Of a stretch of DNA of 64,000 bases, positions 10,684-20,752 are shown one piece after another. Each line of letters opens with the position of its first letter. The first letter of the stretch is position 1. Position numbers and translations under genes: made by a program. This DNA comes from Gemmatimonadales bacterium (GTDB taxonomy: Bacteria > Gemmatimonadota > Gemmatimonadetes > Gemmatimonadales > GWC2-71-9), in contig DATDEZ010000102.1 in NCBI GenBank assembly GCA_036522875.1, positions 797 through 64,796 of the forward strand, given 5' to 3'. The notes under the pieces were generated by a model, which saw only the letters and a list, made by a program, of their open reading frames with translations, did not search any database and was not told the origin of the DNA.

Positions 10684-11167
10684 GGAGAAGGATCAGAAGG
10701 AACGCGATTGGGATCGCGAGATGCGCGAGGTGGATAAGCTGCTCGCGAAGCTGCCTGATGCCGATCCGCAGCTCGGGCGCGGCGTTCCCACGGTGCCGGT
10801 CGCGCGGCCGGGAGTCGCGGGCGCGGGCGCGGTGCCGACCTCGGCCGTTCACGCGGGTCCGGCGCGCGGCCGGGCCTGGGTGACGACGTGGATGCGCGTC
10901 GGACTCGGCGTCGCCCTGGGTGTCGGAATGCTATTATGGCCATACGCGCATGCCTGCGGCTGGAGGCTCGGCGTCTATCTGGTCGGCGCGACCGTCGTGT
11001 CGGTCGCGGGCGTCTGGAGCGCGCTGACGTCCTGGAAACGGCGGCTCGGCATCGCCCACACGCTGTCGATCATTTTGATCGTTTGGGGTCTCGCGCTCGC
11101 CAGTCGGCAGCTCTTGCCCCGGGTTTACGGAAAGACACCCGTGCCCTTCCTTTGTCCCGCACAGTGA
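10673..11167 (+). CDS. Hypothetical membrane protein (charged cytoplasmic N-terminus plus about 3 TM)
   Basis: GTG 10673 preceded by the GGAGG repeats. VTDKEKDQKERDWDREMREVDKLLAKL, then hydrophobic segments. No recognisable family. Confidence 0.5.
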
Positions 11168-11171
11168 GATC

Positions 11172-12665
11172 ATGACCGCTCCTCGATTCAAGAACTTCAT
11201 CGCGGGCGACTGGGTCGCCCCGTCCACCGGTGAGTACTTCGACAATCGCAACCCCGCCGACTGGAACGACCTGATCGGCGAGTTTCCGCGCTCGGGCGCC
11301 GCCGATCTGCAACGCGCGATCGCATCGGCGAAGCGCGGGTTCGCGCAGTGGTCGAAAACGCCCGCGCCGATTCGGGGGCAGGTGTTGCAGCGGGTCGGGC
11401 AGCTGCTCGTCGAGCGCAAAGCGGACGTCTCGCGCGCTATGACGCGCGAAATGGGCAAGGTGCTCGCCGAGACGGGCGGGGACGTGCAAGAGGGCATCGA
11501 CACGGCGTTCTACGCGGCGACGGAGGGCCGGCGGCTCTTCGGCCGCGTCGTGCCGTCCGAGCTGCGGAACAAGTGGGCGATGAGCTACCGGCGGCCCATC
11601 GGCATCGCCGGTTTGATCACGCCGTTCAACTTCCCGCTCGCGATTCCCACCTGGAAGATGTTCCCGGCGCTCCTGTGCGGGAACGCGGTGATCTTCAAGC
11701 CGGCCGAAGACGTCCCGCACACGGCGCACCTGCTCGTGGAGATTTTGCTGGAGGCGGGATTGCCGCCCGAGGTCGTGCAGCTCGTGCACGGGCAGGGCTC
11801 GGTCGTGGGCCGCGCGCTCGTCGAGCATCCCGACATTCCGGTGATTTCCTTCACCGGCTCGACCGAAACCGGATCGACGATCGGCGCCACGTGCGGCAAG
11901 ATGCACAAGCGGCTGTCGCTCGAGATGGGTGGCAAGAACGCGATGATCGTGATGGACGACGCCGACCTCGACCTGGCGCTCGACGGCGTCTTGTGGGGCG
12001 CGTTCGGCACGACGGGCCAGCGCTGCACCGCGACGAGCCGGCTCATTCTCCACGAGAAGATCCACGACAAGTTCGTCCAGCTCGTGACCGACCGGGCCGC
12101 GCGACTGCGCCTCGGCCCGGGACTCGACGACAAAAGCGAGGTCGGGCCGCTCATTCACGAGGAGGCGCGGCAGAAGGTCGCCGAATACGTCGACATCGCA
12201 AAGCGCGAAGGCGCGAGTGTGGCGCTGGGCGGAAAGATTCCCCAGGGCGACAAACGCCTGGAATGCGGCTGGTTCTACGAGCCGACGGTGCTCACCGGCG
12301 TGAAGCCGGGGATGCGGGTCGAGCAGGAGGAGATCTTCGGTCCCGTCCTGGCGGTCGTGAAGGCCAAGGACCTCGCCGAGGCGATCCAGATCAACAACGG
12401 CGTGAAGTACGGTCTCTCGAGCTCGCTCTACACCCGCGACGTGAACGGCGCCTTCCGGGCCATGACCGATCTCGATACCGGAATCACGTACGTCAACGCG
12501 CCGACGATCGGCGCGGAGGCGCACCTGCCGTTCGGGGGCGTGAAGCAGACGGGCAACGGCCACCGCGAAGGCGGCTGGGAGGTCTACGACTTTTACTCGG
12601 AGACGAAGACGATCTACGTCGACTACTCCGGCACGCTGCAGCGCGCGCAGATCGATACCGAGTAG
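11172..12665 (+). CDS. NAD(P)+-dependent aldehyde dehydrogenase
   Basis: 497 aa with the ALDH Glu box (LEMGGKNAMIV) and Cys box (FGTTGQRCTATSRLI). Confidence 0.9.
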   Translation: MTAPRFKNFIAGDWVAPSTGEYFDNRNPADWNDLIGEFPRSGAADLQRAIASAKRGFAQWSKTPAPIRGQVLQRVGQLLVERKADVSRAMTREMGKVLAETGGDVQEGIDTAFYAATEGRRLFGRVVPSELRNKWAMSYRRPIGIAGLITPFNFPLAIPTWKMFPALLCGNAVIFKPAEDVPHTAHLLVEILLEAGLPPEVVQLVHGQGSVVGRALVEHPDIPVISFTGSTETGSTIGATCGKMHKRLSLEMGGKNAMIVMDDADLDLALDGVLWGAFGTTGQRCTATSRLILHEKIHDKFVQLVTDRAARLRLGPGLDDKSEVGPLIHEEARQKVAEYVDIAKREGASVALGGKIPQGDKRLECGWFYEPTVLTGVKPGMRVEQEEIFGPVLAVVKAKDLAEAIQINNGVKYGLSSSLYTRDVNGAFRAMTDLDTGITYVNAPTIGAEAHLPFGGVKQTGNGHREGGWEVYDFYSETKTIYVDYSGTLQRAQIDTE

Positions 12666-12727
12666 GAACGGTCCGCCCGGCGGCAAAATGGTGATGCCGG
12701 CCCGGTCGGATCGATTATGGTCGTGGC

Positions 12728-12973
12728 ATGTCGTACGAGTCAGTGCTCGTCGTCCTCGCCACAGGTGGGGCGCCGCTCGAGGGTGACGCGCTCGACGGCT
12801 TGCCGGGGACGACGGTCACATGGCAGCGGATCGAGCGGGAGGGTCGGGTCGCTTGTCTCGCCGCCCGTGTGAGCCACGCCGACCCCCTGTCCGATTTTCG
12901 GATGAGAGTCCGGCAGTGGGGTGCGGCTCGCGGATGGGGCGTCACTGTTGCGCCGTGCGGGCTGGATTGCTAA
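12728..12973 (+). CDS. Small hypothetical ORF (81 aa) immediately upstream of lepB
   Basis: Sits in an otherwise unassigned 318-nt gap. Third-codon positions are mostly G/C, as in real genes here. It ends 10 nt before the lepB start. No recognisable motif. Confidence 0.3.
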   Translation: MSYESVLVVLATGGAPLEGDALDGLPGTTVTWQRIEREGRVACLAARVSHADPLSDFRMRVRQWGAARGWGVTVAPCGLDC

Positions 12974-12983
12974 GATAAGTCAC

Positions 12984-13757
12984 ATGCATGACTTGGGAGC
13001 CCCAGCCTCCTCCCTCCACAGCGCTAGCGCGCCAGGGCTCCAGTCGCCTCCATCAAATCAGCGCTCAGTATTAGCCCGATGGTTCGACAGTTGGATGCGG
13101 TCGTTGGGCATGGCGCTCGTCTTGTTCCTCATCATTCGCACTTTCCTTCTCGAAGCTTTTCAGATACCCTCGGGCAGCATGGAGCGCACGCTCCTGGCGG
13201 GGGACTTCTTGTTCGTCAATAAAGCGGTGTACGGCGCGCAAATTCCGGGGACGAACGCTCGTTTGCCGGGATTCAACACGCCGCGCCGCGGTGACGTGAT
13301 CGTGTTCGCTTACCCGAAGGACCCGACGCTGAGCTACGTGAAGCGCGTGGTCGGGGTGGGCGGCGACGTCGTCGAAATGCGCGAGGCGCAGGTGTACGTG
13401 AACGGCCGCGCGCTGGAAGAGCCGTATGTGCAGCGCATCGATCCATTGCACGACGGGTTCGACCCGGACTTCAACTGGCAGCGGGAGTATCTGGTGGGGC
13501 GCAGCGAGGACCAGCGGCGCCGCTATCATCCGACGCGCGACACGTGGGGTCCGCTGCGCGTGCCGGTGGGAAAGTTTTTCGTACTGGGCGACAATCGGGA
13601 CAATTCGGCCGATTCGCGCTATTGGGGCTTCGTCGACGAGAGTGCCGTGAAGGGACGGCCGCTCGTCGTGTACTTCAGTTACAACCGGGGCACGAGCGAT
13701 CCGCTCCCCTGGTTACAAGACATCCGATGGAGTCGGCTCGGTTCGCTGATTCGCTAG
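12984..13757 (+). CDS. lepB: Signal peptidase I
   Basis: Catalytic Ser box IPSGSMERTL, Lys box YVKRVVGVGGD, GDNRDNSADSRYWGFV. ATG 12984. Confidence 0.9.
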   Translation: MHDLGAPASSLHSASAPGLQSPPSNQRSVLARWFDSWMRSLGMALVLFLIIRTFLLEAFQIPSGSMERTLLAGDFLFVNKAVYGAQIPGTNARLPGFNTPRRGDVIVFAYPKDPTLSYVKRVVGVGGDVVEMREAQVYVNGRALEEPYVQRIDPLHDGFDPDFNWQREYLVGRSEDQRRRYHPTRDTWGPLRVPVGKFFVLGDNRDNSADSRYWGFVDESAVKGRPLVVYFSYNRGTSDPLPWLQDIRWSRLGSLIR

Positions 13758-13790
13758 AGTGGTGCAACCTCCTCGAGGAGTGACCATTCC

Positions 13791-14648
13791 ATGCAATTGA
13801 ATACGGCGAGGCGCGCATCATTTGACGAGGGATCTCTGGATCAGTATCTGCGGGAAATCAGCCAGTATCCGCTGATCACACGCGAGGAAGAAGTCACGCT
13901 CGCGCAGCGGATCAAGCAGCAGGATCCGGAGGCGCTCGACAAGCTGGTGCGCTCGAATCTTCGTTTCGTCGTGTCCGTCGCCAAGAAGTATCAGAATCAG
14001 GGCGTCTCGCTCTCCGACCTGATCAACGAGGGCAACCTCGGTCTGATTCGCGCGGCGCATAAGTTCGACGAGACGAAGGGCATCAAGTTCATCTCCTACG
14101 CCGTATGGTGGATCCGCCAGGCCATTCTCCAGGCGCTCGCCGAGCAGTCGCGCATCGTGCGCGTGCCGCTGAATCGCGCCGGCACGTTGCACCGCATCGG
14201 GAAGCGCTCGGCGTCGTTGCTGCAGGAGCTCGGGCGCGAGCCGACCGTGCAGGAGATCTCGGAAGGGATGGACATCTCCGAGGAAGAGGTCGCCAAGACG
14301 CTGTCGATCTCCCAGGCGCACCTGTCGCTCGACGCGCCGCTGACGCCGGGCGAGGACAACAAGCTGCTCGACTACCTGCCCGATACCACCAATCCGGGTC
14401 CCGACGACGAGATCTTCGAGCACGCGCTGACCGAGTCGATCGAATCGGTCCTCGCCACGCTCAAGGAGCGGGAAGCGCGCATCCTCCGGCTCTATTTCGG
14501 GCTCGAGGGCCAGGAGCCGATGACGCTGGAAGAAATCGGCTCACAGCTCGGCATCACCCGCGAGCGGGTCAGACAGCTCAAAGAGAAGGCCCTGGCGAGA
14601 CTTCGCCACGTGTCGAGAGCACGGGCGCTGGAGAGCTTCCTCTCGTAA
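13791..14648 (+). CDS. Sigma-70-family RNA polymerase sigma factor (RpoD-like, regions 1.2-4, 285 aa)
   Basis: Region 2 (NLRFVVSVAKKYQNQGVSLSDLINEGNLGLIRAAHKFD, FISYAVWWIRQAI) and region 4 HTH (TLEEIGSQLGITRERVRQLKEKAL). Confidence 0.9.
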   Translation: MQLNTARRASFDEGSLDQYLREISQYPLITREEEVTLAQRIKQQDPEALDKLVRSNLRFVVSVAKKYQNQGVSLSDLINEGNLGLIRAAHKFDETKGIKFISYAVWWIRQAILQALAEQSRIVRVPLNRAGTLHRIGKRSASLLQELGREPTVQEISEGMDISEEEVAKTLSISQAHLSLDAPLTPGEDNKLLDYLPDTTNPGPDDEIFEHALTESIESVLATLKEREARILRLYFGLEGQEPMTLEEIGSQLGITRERVRQLKEKALARLRHVSRARALESFLS

Positions 14649-14656
14649 CCAGCAGC

Positions 14657-14711
14657 GGGAGAGGGGAGATGGGAGAGGTTCGATCCGTACATCTCCCATC
14701 TCCCTTCTCCC
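14657..14711 (+). terminator. Rho-independent-type terminator hairpin after the sigma factor gene
   Basis: 20-bp stem: gggagaggggagatgggaga (14657-14676) pairs with tctcccatctcccttctccc (14692-14711), with a single G-U. The loop is 15 nt and a moderately T-rich tract (ttctatattt) follows. Confidence 0.7.
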
Positions 14712-14729
14712 TTCTATATTTCCACCCCC

Positions 14730-15233
14730 ATGGCCTCCCAAGCTTCGTTCGACATCTCGACCGGCGCCGACCTCCAGGAGGTCGACAACGCCGTCAATCA
14801 GGCGCAGAAAGAGATCATCCAACGCTACGACTTCAAAGGCTCGAAGGCGTCGATTGCCTTTGACCGTCCGAAGGCGACGCTGACGCTGGTCGCCGACGAC
14901 GACTTCAAGATGAAGGCGCTGTTCGACGTGCTGCAGTCGAAGATGATCAAGCGCGGCGTCCCCGTGAAAAACATGGAGCTGGGCGCGATCACGCCGGCCG
15001 CGAACGACACCGTGCGCCGCGAGATCAAGCTGACGCAGGGCATCCCGCAGGAAAAAGCGAAGGCGATCGTCAAGGCGATCAAAGACAAGAAATTCAAGAA
15101 GGCGCAGGCGTCCATTCAGGGTGAAGAGGTCCGGGTGCAGGCGCCGTCGAAGGACGAGCTGCAGGAAGTCATCGCGTTCCTCCGCGCGCAGGACTTCGGC
15201 ATCGAGCTCCGCTTCGGGAACTACCGCGGATGA
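14730..15233 (+). CDS. yajQ: YajQ-family nucleotide/c-di-GMP-binding protein (UPF0234)
   Basis: SFDISTGADLQEVDNAVNQAQKEIIQRYDFKGS... and the C-terminal FGNYRG are typical of YajQ. Confidence 0.85.
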   Translation: MASQASFDISTGADLQEVDNAVNQAQKEIIQRYDFKGSKASIAFDRPKATLTLVADDDFKMKALFDVLQSKMIKRGVPVKNMELGAITPAANDTVRREIKLTQGIPQEKAKAIVKAIKDKKFKKAQASIQGEEVRVQAPSKDELQEVIAFLRAQDFGIELRFGNYRG

Positions 15234-16534
15234 AGCTGGGCGTCATCTCCCTCGGCTGCGACAAGGCGACGGTCGATTCCGAGCGGCTCGTGGGCGAGCT
15301 GGTCGGCCACGGCGCTGTGGTGACGCCCGAGCTGGCCGGCGCCGACGTGATTCTCGTCAACACCTGCGGCTTCATCGATGCCGCGAAGCAGGAATCGATC
15401 GACGCGATGCTCGAGGCGGCAAAGCTGAAAGCGCAGGGCGTGAAGGCCGTCGTCGCCGTGGGATGTCTGATCCAGCGCTACAAGCAGGAGCTGACCACAG
15501 AGATTCCCGAAGTCGACCTCATGCTCGGGTTCTCGGAGCTGCACCACCTGGTTCCCGAGCTCGCGAAACGCGGTCTCATCGAAGATCCGATCGCCACGCA
15601 TCCGGGCGTGCGGCAGTTTCTGGACGAGCAGTCGCACGTGCGCTATCTCAAAATCTCGGAAGGGTGCGATCACACCTGCGCGTTCTGCGCCATTCCCTTG
15701 ATGCGCGGCAAGCACCGCTCCGAGCCGCTCACGCGCTTGATTCAGGAAGCGCAGCAGCTCGAGGCCCAGGGCGCCAAGGAGATCAATCTCGTGGCGCAGG
15801 ACCTTGGTCATTGGGGTCGGGATCTAGGAGTCGGGAGTCCGAAACTGCCCGATCTCCTGGAGGCCCTGTTGCGCGAGACCACCGTCCCGTGGTTCCGGCT
15901 GCTGTACGTCTACTCGGCCGGGATCACCGAGCGCCTGGTCGATCTCATGGCGCGGAGTCCCAGGATCGTGCCGTACATCGACATGCCGATCCAGCATGCG
16001 AGCGATCGCATGCTCGAGCGCATGCGCCGTCCCGAGCGCCTGCGCACCCTGCGCGAGAAGCTCGCCTGGCTCCGCGGCGCGATTCCGGACCTCGCGATCC
16101 GGACGACCTGCCTGGTCGGATTTCCCGGCGAGACGGAAGACGACTTCCGCGCGCTGGTCGCTTTCCTGGAAGAGGCGCAATTCGATCGGATGGGCGCGTT
16201 CGCGTATTCACCGCAGGAGGGGACGCGGGCGACGCAGTACGAGGACGACGTGGACGACGCCGTCAAGCAAGACCGCCTCTCGGAAATCGTCGAGCTGCAG
16301 CGCAGCATCTCGGCCGAGCGCCTGGAGCGGTTCGTGGGGCGTGAAGTGGACGTGCTGGTGGATGGTCTCGAGCAGGAAAACGGCATCAAGGCCGGGCGGG
16401 TCCAGTGGCAGGCCGATGACGTCGATGGAATCACCTATCTCGAGCGTGGCGGGTGGGCGCAGCCCGGAGACTTCGTCCGCGCGCGCATCACCGCCAGCGA
16501 GGACTACGATTTCCAGGCGGCCGCGCTGACGTGA
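15230..16534 (+). CDS. rimO: Ribosomal protein S12 methylthiotransferase RimO (radical SAM)
   Basis: N-terminal [13 protein letters not shown], radical-SAM CDHTCAFC, C-terminal TRAM domain. ATGA overlap with yajQ. Confidence 0.85.
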   Translation: MKLGVISLGCDKATVDSERLVGELVGHGAVVTPELAGADVILVNTCGFIDAAKQESIDAMLEAAKLKAQGVKAVVAVGCLIQRYKQELTTEIPEVDLMLGFSELHHLVPELAKRGLIEDPIATHPGVRQFLDEQSHVRYLKISEGCDHTCAFCAIPLMRGKHRSEPLTRLIQEAQQLEAQGAKEINLVAQDLGHWGRDLGVGSPKLPDLLEALLRETTVPWFRLLYVYSAGITERLVDLMARSPRIVPYIDMPIQHASDRMLERMRRPERLRTLREKLAWLRGAIPDLAIRTTCLVGFPGETEDDFRALVAFLEEAQFDRMGAFAYSPQEGTRATQYEDDVDDAVKQDRLSEIVELQRSISAERLERFVGREVDVLVDGLEQENGIKAGRVQWQADDVDGITYLERGGWAQPGDFVRARITASEDYDFQAAALT

Positions 16535-17817
16535 CGCGCTCGAGCGAGCTATTCGACCGGGCGAAGCGGGTGTTGCCCGGCGGCGTGAACTCACCCGTGC
16601 GGGCGTTCCGGGCAGTCGGCGGGACGCCTTTTTTCGTCGCGCGCGGCGAAGGCGCGAAGCTGTACGACGTCGACGGCAAGAGCTACATCGACTACGTCTG
16701 CTCCTGGGGCCCGCTGATCCTGGGGCACGCGCATCCCGCCGTGCTCGCCGCGGTGCGGGACGCGGCGGGGCGCGGCTGGACGTACGGCGCGCCGTGCGAG
16801 GCGGAGGTGGAGCTGGCGGAACTGGTGAGCCGGCGCATGCCCTCGCTCGAACGCGTCCGCTGCGTCAACAGCGGCACGGAAGCCACGATGGCGGCGGTGC
16901 GGCTCGCGCGCGCGGCGACCGGGCGCGACATGATCGTGAAGTTCGAGGGCTGCTATCACGGACACGCGGACAGCTTCCTCGTGAAAGCCGGCTCCGGCGT
17001 GGCGACACTGGGGCTGCCGGACAGTCCGGGCGTGCCGGCGTCGCTCGCGGGCCTGACGCTCACCGCTCCCTTCAACGATGCCCGCGCCGTCGCCGACCTG
17101 TTTCGCGAGCATCCGGACACGATTGCCGCGGTGATCGTCGAGCCGTACGTCGGGAACTCCGGGTTCATCGCGCCCGATTCCGATTTTCACCCGGCGCTCC
17201 GCAGTCTCTGTGACCAGTACGGCGCGCTGCTCATCTTCGACGAAGTAATGACCGGATTCCGCGTGGGCGCAGGGGGGGCGCAGGGCCGCCTCGGCGTCCG
17301 GCCGGATCTCACGACGCTCGGCAAAGTGATCGGCGGCGGATTCCCGGTCGGCGCGTACGGCGGGCGAGCCGATCTCATGAAGCGCATCGCCCCCGAAGGA
17401 CCTGTGTATCAGGCGGGGACGCTGTCGGGCAATCCTGTGGCGATGGCAGCCGGCCTGGCGACGCTCCGAGAGACGGACCGGCCCGGCTTCTATGAGGATC
17501 TGGAATCCAAGACGGCGCGGCTCGTGGCCGGGATCGAAGCCGCCGCGGGCCGCCGCGGCGTTCCGATCACGGTGGGACACGCCGGCTCCATGTGGGGTGT
17601 GTATCTGACGAGCGGCCCAGTGCGCAACTACGCCGATGCCAAAGAGACCGACACCGCGCTGTTCGCGCGCTGGCACGCCGCGGCCCTCGCACGCGGGGTC
17701 TTTCTCGCGCCGTCCGCGTTCGAAGCCGGCTTCGTTTCCGCCGCGCACTCGATGGCAGACATCGAATTCACGATCACCGAGCTCGATGCGGCGCTGGCGG
17801 ACGCGAGCGGTCGCTAG
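16531..17817 (+). CDS. hemL: Glutamate-1-semialdehyde 2,1-aminomutase
   Basis: [12 protein letters not shown]..., [35 protein letters not shown] (PLP lysine). GTG 16531 overlaps the rimO TGA. Confidence 0.9.
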   Translation: MTRSSELFDRAKRVLPGGVNSPVRAFRAVGGTPFFVARGEGAKLYDVDGKSYIDYVCSWGPLILGHAHPAVLAAVRDAAGRGWTYGAPCEAEVELAELVSRRMPSLERVRCVNSGTEATMAAVRLARAATGRDMIVKFEGCYHGHADSFLVKAGSGVATLGLPDSPGVPASLAGLTLTAPFNDARAVADLFREHPDTIAAVIVEPYVGNSGFIAPDSDFHPALRSLCDQYGALLIFDEVMTGFRVGAGGAQGRLGVRPDLTTLGKVIGGGFPVGAYGGRADLMKRIAPEGPVYQAGTLSGNPVAMAAGLATLRETDRPGFYEDLESKTARLVAGIEAAAGRRGVPITVGHAGSMWGVYLTSGPVRNYADAKETDTALFARWHAAALARGVFLAPSAFEAGFVSAAHSMADIEFTITELDAALADASGR

Positions 17818-19063
17818 CGTCGCGCTGCTGCTCGGCGCGAGCTGCGGTAAACGGCCCGCACCGTCCGGTCCGCCGCCACCCAGCGCCGAGCCGGAGCTGC
17901 GCATCGGGCTGTCGAGCGGGGCGGCATACGCGTCGCTCGGTGGTCCGGAGAGCGGCGAGCTGTTCATCAGCGAGCTCGCGACCGGCGTCGCGGTCGGAGC
18001 GATTCCGGCCGGCGCCCGCTGGATCGTCGTCCTCGACTCAGTCGATCCGTCACGCGTGCGGCTGGTGCGGCCGGACAGCTCGCGGACCGACGCGCTGCGC
18101 GGTCTCTCCGCCATCAACGTCACGGAAAATCGCTTCGTGGTCGCGAACGGCCGCCAGTACCGGGGCCGCATCACGGTCACCGCATCGCCATCCGGCGGTC
18201 GAGGCGTCTCCGTCGTCAATCGGGTTGGCGTGGAGAGCTACATCGCCGGCGTCGTCGGGCCGGAGATCGGCGGCCGGCGGCCCGACGAGCTGGCGGCCAC
18301 GCTGGCCCAGGCGGTCGTGTCGCGGAGCTTCGCGCTGAAGAACCGCGGCCGCTGGGAGGCGTTCGGCTTCGACGCCTATGCCGATACCCGCGATCAGGTC
18401 TATCTCGGCGTCTCGGCGGAGACGCCGCAGGCGTGGGACGCGGTGCACCGGACCGCGGGGCAGGTCCTCGAATACGACGGCCAGATCATCGACGCGTATT
18501 TCCATTCGACCTGCGGCTTCAGCACCGCGGGGGTCGACGAGGCGTTCGCGACGGCGCAGACCCGTCCCTATCTGCGACCCGTCTCCGACGACCGCGGTGG
18601 CGGTCATTATTACTGCGACATCTCACCACGCTTTCGCTGGCGCGAAGAATGGGACGGCACCAAGCTGCGCAGTATATTGTCGCGGACGCTCGCCGGGACG
18701 GTGCCGATGTCGGGCGACGGCCTCCAACGCATCACCGACGTGACGGTGAGCCGCACGACGCGGTCGGGTAGAGTCGGTGAGCTGCGGATCGTGTTCGAGC
18801 GCGGCGATGTTCGTATCCCGGGCCCCGACGTGCGGTCGGTGCTGCGGCCTGAGGCGGATCGGATGTTGGCGAGCGCGGCGTTTCAGCTGACCGTGACCAA
18901 GACCAACGGCGAAGTGTCGCGACTCATCGCCGCCGGCGCGGGATCGGGGCATGCGGTCGGGATGTGCCAGTGGGGCGCGATCGGCCGAGCGCGGGCAGGG
19001 CAGGACTATCGTGAAATCTTGAGCACGTATTTCCCGGGGACGAAGCTTGAGAAGATCTACTAG
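17786..19063 (+). CDS. SpoIID/LytB-domain protein (peptidoglycan amidase enhancer / lytic transglycosylase family)
   Basis: [43 protein letters not shown] 17786 with a signal/anchor sequence ([14 protein letters not shown]); overlaps the hemL end by 32 nt. Confidence 0.8.
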   Translation: MRRWRTRAVASVALLLGASCGKRPAPSGPPPPSAEPELRIGLSSGAAYASLGGPESGELFISELATGVAVGAIPAGARWIVVLDSVDPSRVRLVRPDSSRTDALRGLSAINVTENRFVVANGRQYRGRITVTASPSGGRGVSVVNRVGVESYIAGVVGPEIGGRRPDELAATLAQAVVSRSFALKNRGRWEAFGFDAYADTRDQVYLGVSAETPQAWDAVHRTAGQVLEYDGQIIDAYFHSTCGFSTAGVDEAFATAQTRPYLRPVSDDRGGGHYYCDISPRFRWREEWDGTKLRSILSRTLAGTVPMSGDGLQRITDVTVSRTTRSGRVGELRIVFERGDVRIPGPDVRSVLRPEADRMLASAAFQLTVTKTNGEVSRLIAAGAGSGHAVGMCQWGAIGRARAGQDYREILSTYFPGTKLEKIY

Positions 19064-19095
19064 GGCGGTGAGGCGGTTGGGCGGGTGGGCGGTTA
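19064..19095 (+). repeat. Four degenerate 8-nt tandem units GGCGGTTN (ggcggtga ggcggttg ggcgggtg ggcggtta)
   Basis: Read directly. Begins 1 nt after the SpoIID-like stop codon and spans the start codon and n-region of the OM barrel gene. A homologous array is at 39218-39249. Confidence 0.8.
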
Positions 19096-19748
19096 GCACT
19101 GCCGGGCTCATCGCTTTCTTTCTAACCGCCGAACCGCCCACGCGCCTCGCCGCTCAGGGTGTCTTGAATCAGTTCTCCTACGACAATCTCCGGCTGTCGG
19201 GCATCCAGGTGGACGGTGGGATTCTCGGCGCCTCCGAGCTGACCGGTACGACCGTGGGCGGCGTGCGGGTCGATTACGGTCGCATCGCGCCGCGCGTCCG
19301 ATTGCTGCTCGGACTGTCGTACTTCAAGTCGCAATTCGATCAGCGGTCCCGCACGCGATTCGAGCAACGGCTCGACAGCATCATCATCGATCCGTCGGGC
19401 GACGACACGGTGCGTGTGGGGCGGATTCAGCTCAGCGATCTGGTCGGCGACATCGACTTCCAGCTCGCGTTCCCGCAGGGTCATGGGATCAACGCCTACA
19501 TCGGGACCGGGATCAGCGTGCACGTACGCAATGGCAGCGGCCCGGCGATCAACGGGACGTTCGTGGAGGATGCGCTCGACGTGATCACCGCGGGACTCAA
19601 CGGCACGATCGGCTTCGAGTTCAATCTTTCTCCCGCGTGGCGCTTCACCGTGGATGGGCGAGGCATGCTGTCGAGCGGGCTGAAGACCGCCAGCTTGCGG
19701 ACGGGCATCATGTACCGCTTCAAAGGGAGCAGGACACCTCCCACGTGA
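19068..19748 (+). CDS. Small outer-membrane beta-barrel protein (OmpA-like/OMP_b-brl type)
   Basis: Signal peptide MRRLGGWAVSTAGLIAFFLTAEPPTRLAAQ, alternating amphipathic strands, C-terminal aromatic (GIMYRF...). Start is GTG 19068, or TTG 19047 as in the ORF track. Confidence 0.6.
   Translation: MRRLGGWAVSTAGLIAFFLTAEPPTRLAAQGVLNQFSYDNLRLSGIQVDGGILGASELTGTTVGGVRVDYGRIAPRVRLLLGLSYFKSQFDQRSRTRFEQRLDSIIIDPSGDDTVRVGRIQLSDLVGDIDFQLAFPQGHGINAYIGTGISVHVRNGSGPAINGTFVEDALDVITAGLNGTIGFEFNLSPAWRFTVDGRGMLSSGLKTASLRTGIMYRFKGSRTPPT
19079..19139 (+). other. Imperfect 18-bp inverted repeat (potential RNA hairpin) inside the signal-peptide coding region
   Basis: gggcgggtgggcggttag (19079-19096) pairs with ctaaccgccgaaccgccc (19122-19139) in 16 of 18 positions. 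The loop is 25 nt. Confidence 0.6.
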
Positions 19749-20752
19749 ACGATCCGATTCGCGTCGGCGTGCTCGGGGCGGGCGCGATCGCGCAGGTCGC
19801 CCATCTGCCGGTGCTGCGGCGGTTGCCCGGCGTCGAAGTCGCGTGCATCTGCGACAACGACGTGGGCAAGGCGCAGGCGCTGGCGAGCCGCTTCGACGTG
19901 AAGGACACCTACGACGACATCGAAGAAGTCCTGCGATACGCCAACGTCGACGTCGTCGTCATCTGCACGCCGAACCATCTGCACGAAATCCACGTCACCT
20001 CGGCGCTCGCGTCGGGCGCGCACGTCCTGTGCGAGCGGCCGCTCGCGCTCGACGTCGCGGGCATCGAGCGCGTGCTCGCGGCGAGCGACAAATACGGCAA
20101 GCGCGTCATGGTCGGGATGAATCACCGCTTCCGCTCCGACGTGCAGGCGGTGCGCGGCTTCCTGGCGGGCGGCGATCTCGGCGCGCTGCAGGCGGTGCGC
20201 GGCGGCTGGTACACCTTCCAGCCCAGCCGCCAGATGCTCGGCTGGCGGCTGCGGCGCGACCAGGCGGGCGGCGGCGCCGTGCTCGATCTCGGCCTGCCGC
20301 TCATCGATCTCGGCATGTGGCTCGCGGGCTGGGCCGCGCCCAAGCGGATTTCGGCGCATTTGACGCGGCCCGCCAAGGACGCCGTCGAGGACATGGGCTC
20401 GGTGCTCATCGTGTGCGAGAACGGCGTGTCCATTACCGTCGACATCAGCTGGCGGCACCTCGGTGAAGGCGAGCGCTTCTGGTTCGACATCGTGGGCGCG
20501 CGCGGCTCGGCGATGATCCAGCCGCTCCGGATCTTCAAGGAGCAGCACGGGCAGGCGCAGGATGTCACGCCGACCGGCGCGACCGGGCGCGAGACGCAGT
20601 TCACGCAATCGTATCGGGCCGAGTGGATGTATTTCCTCGCGGTGATCAAGGGGGACGTGAACGCGCCGCCGCCGCGCGACCAGCTCGCGCTGCAGCGCGT
20701 GCTCGACGCGATCTATCGATCGGCGGACGAAGGGCGCGACGTCTTGTTGTGA
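19745..20752 (+). CDS. Gfo/Idh/MocA-family NAD(P)-dependent oxidoreductase
   Basis: IRVGVLGAGAIAQVAHLPVL Rossmann motif and the EKP-like CERPLAL motif. GTGA overlap with the upstream gene. Confidence 0.8.
   Translation: MNDPIRVGVLGAGAIAQVAHLPVLRRLPGVEVACICDNDVGKAQALASRFDVKDTYDDIEEVLRYANVDVVVICTPNHLHEIHVTSALASGAHVLCERPLALDVAGIERVLAASDKYGKRVMVGMNHRFRSDVQAVRGFLAGGDLGALQAVRGGWYTFQPSRQMLGWRLRRDQAGGGAVLDLGLPLIDLGMWLAGWAAPKRISAHLTRPAKDAVEDMGSVLIVCENGVSITVDISWRHLGEGERFWFDIVGARGSAMIQPLRIFKEQHGQAQDVTPTGATGRETQFTQSYRAEWMYFLAVIKGDVNAPPPRDQLALQRVLDAIYRSADEGRDVLL

Noticed and set aside
11070-12694. 538-aa minus-strand ORF and 448-aa alternative plus-frame ORF across the aldehyde dehydrogenase gene
   Set aside because: The ALDH frame carries the diagnostic Glu and Cys boxes. 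The other frames give R/G/D/P-rich nonsense, as expected at this GC content.
13769-13780. Perfect 12-bp palindromes CTCCTCGAGGAG (13769-13780) and CTCCTTAAGGAG (61311-61322) just upstream of the sigma factor and LTXXQ genes
   Set aside because: Each simply contains the Shine-Dalgarno (GAGGAG/AAGGAG). A spacer-less 12-mer cannot form a stable hairpin, so an SD-sequestering switch is not supported.
16591-18219. 542-aa minus-strand ORF
   Set aside because: It is antisense to hemL and the SpoIID-like gene and has no motifs. It is a shadow ORF.
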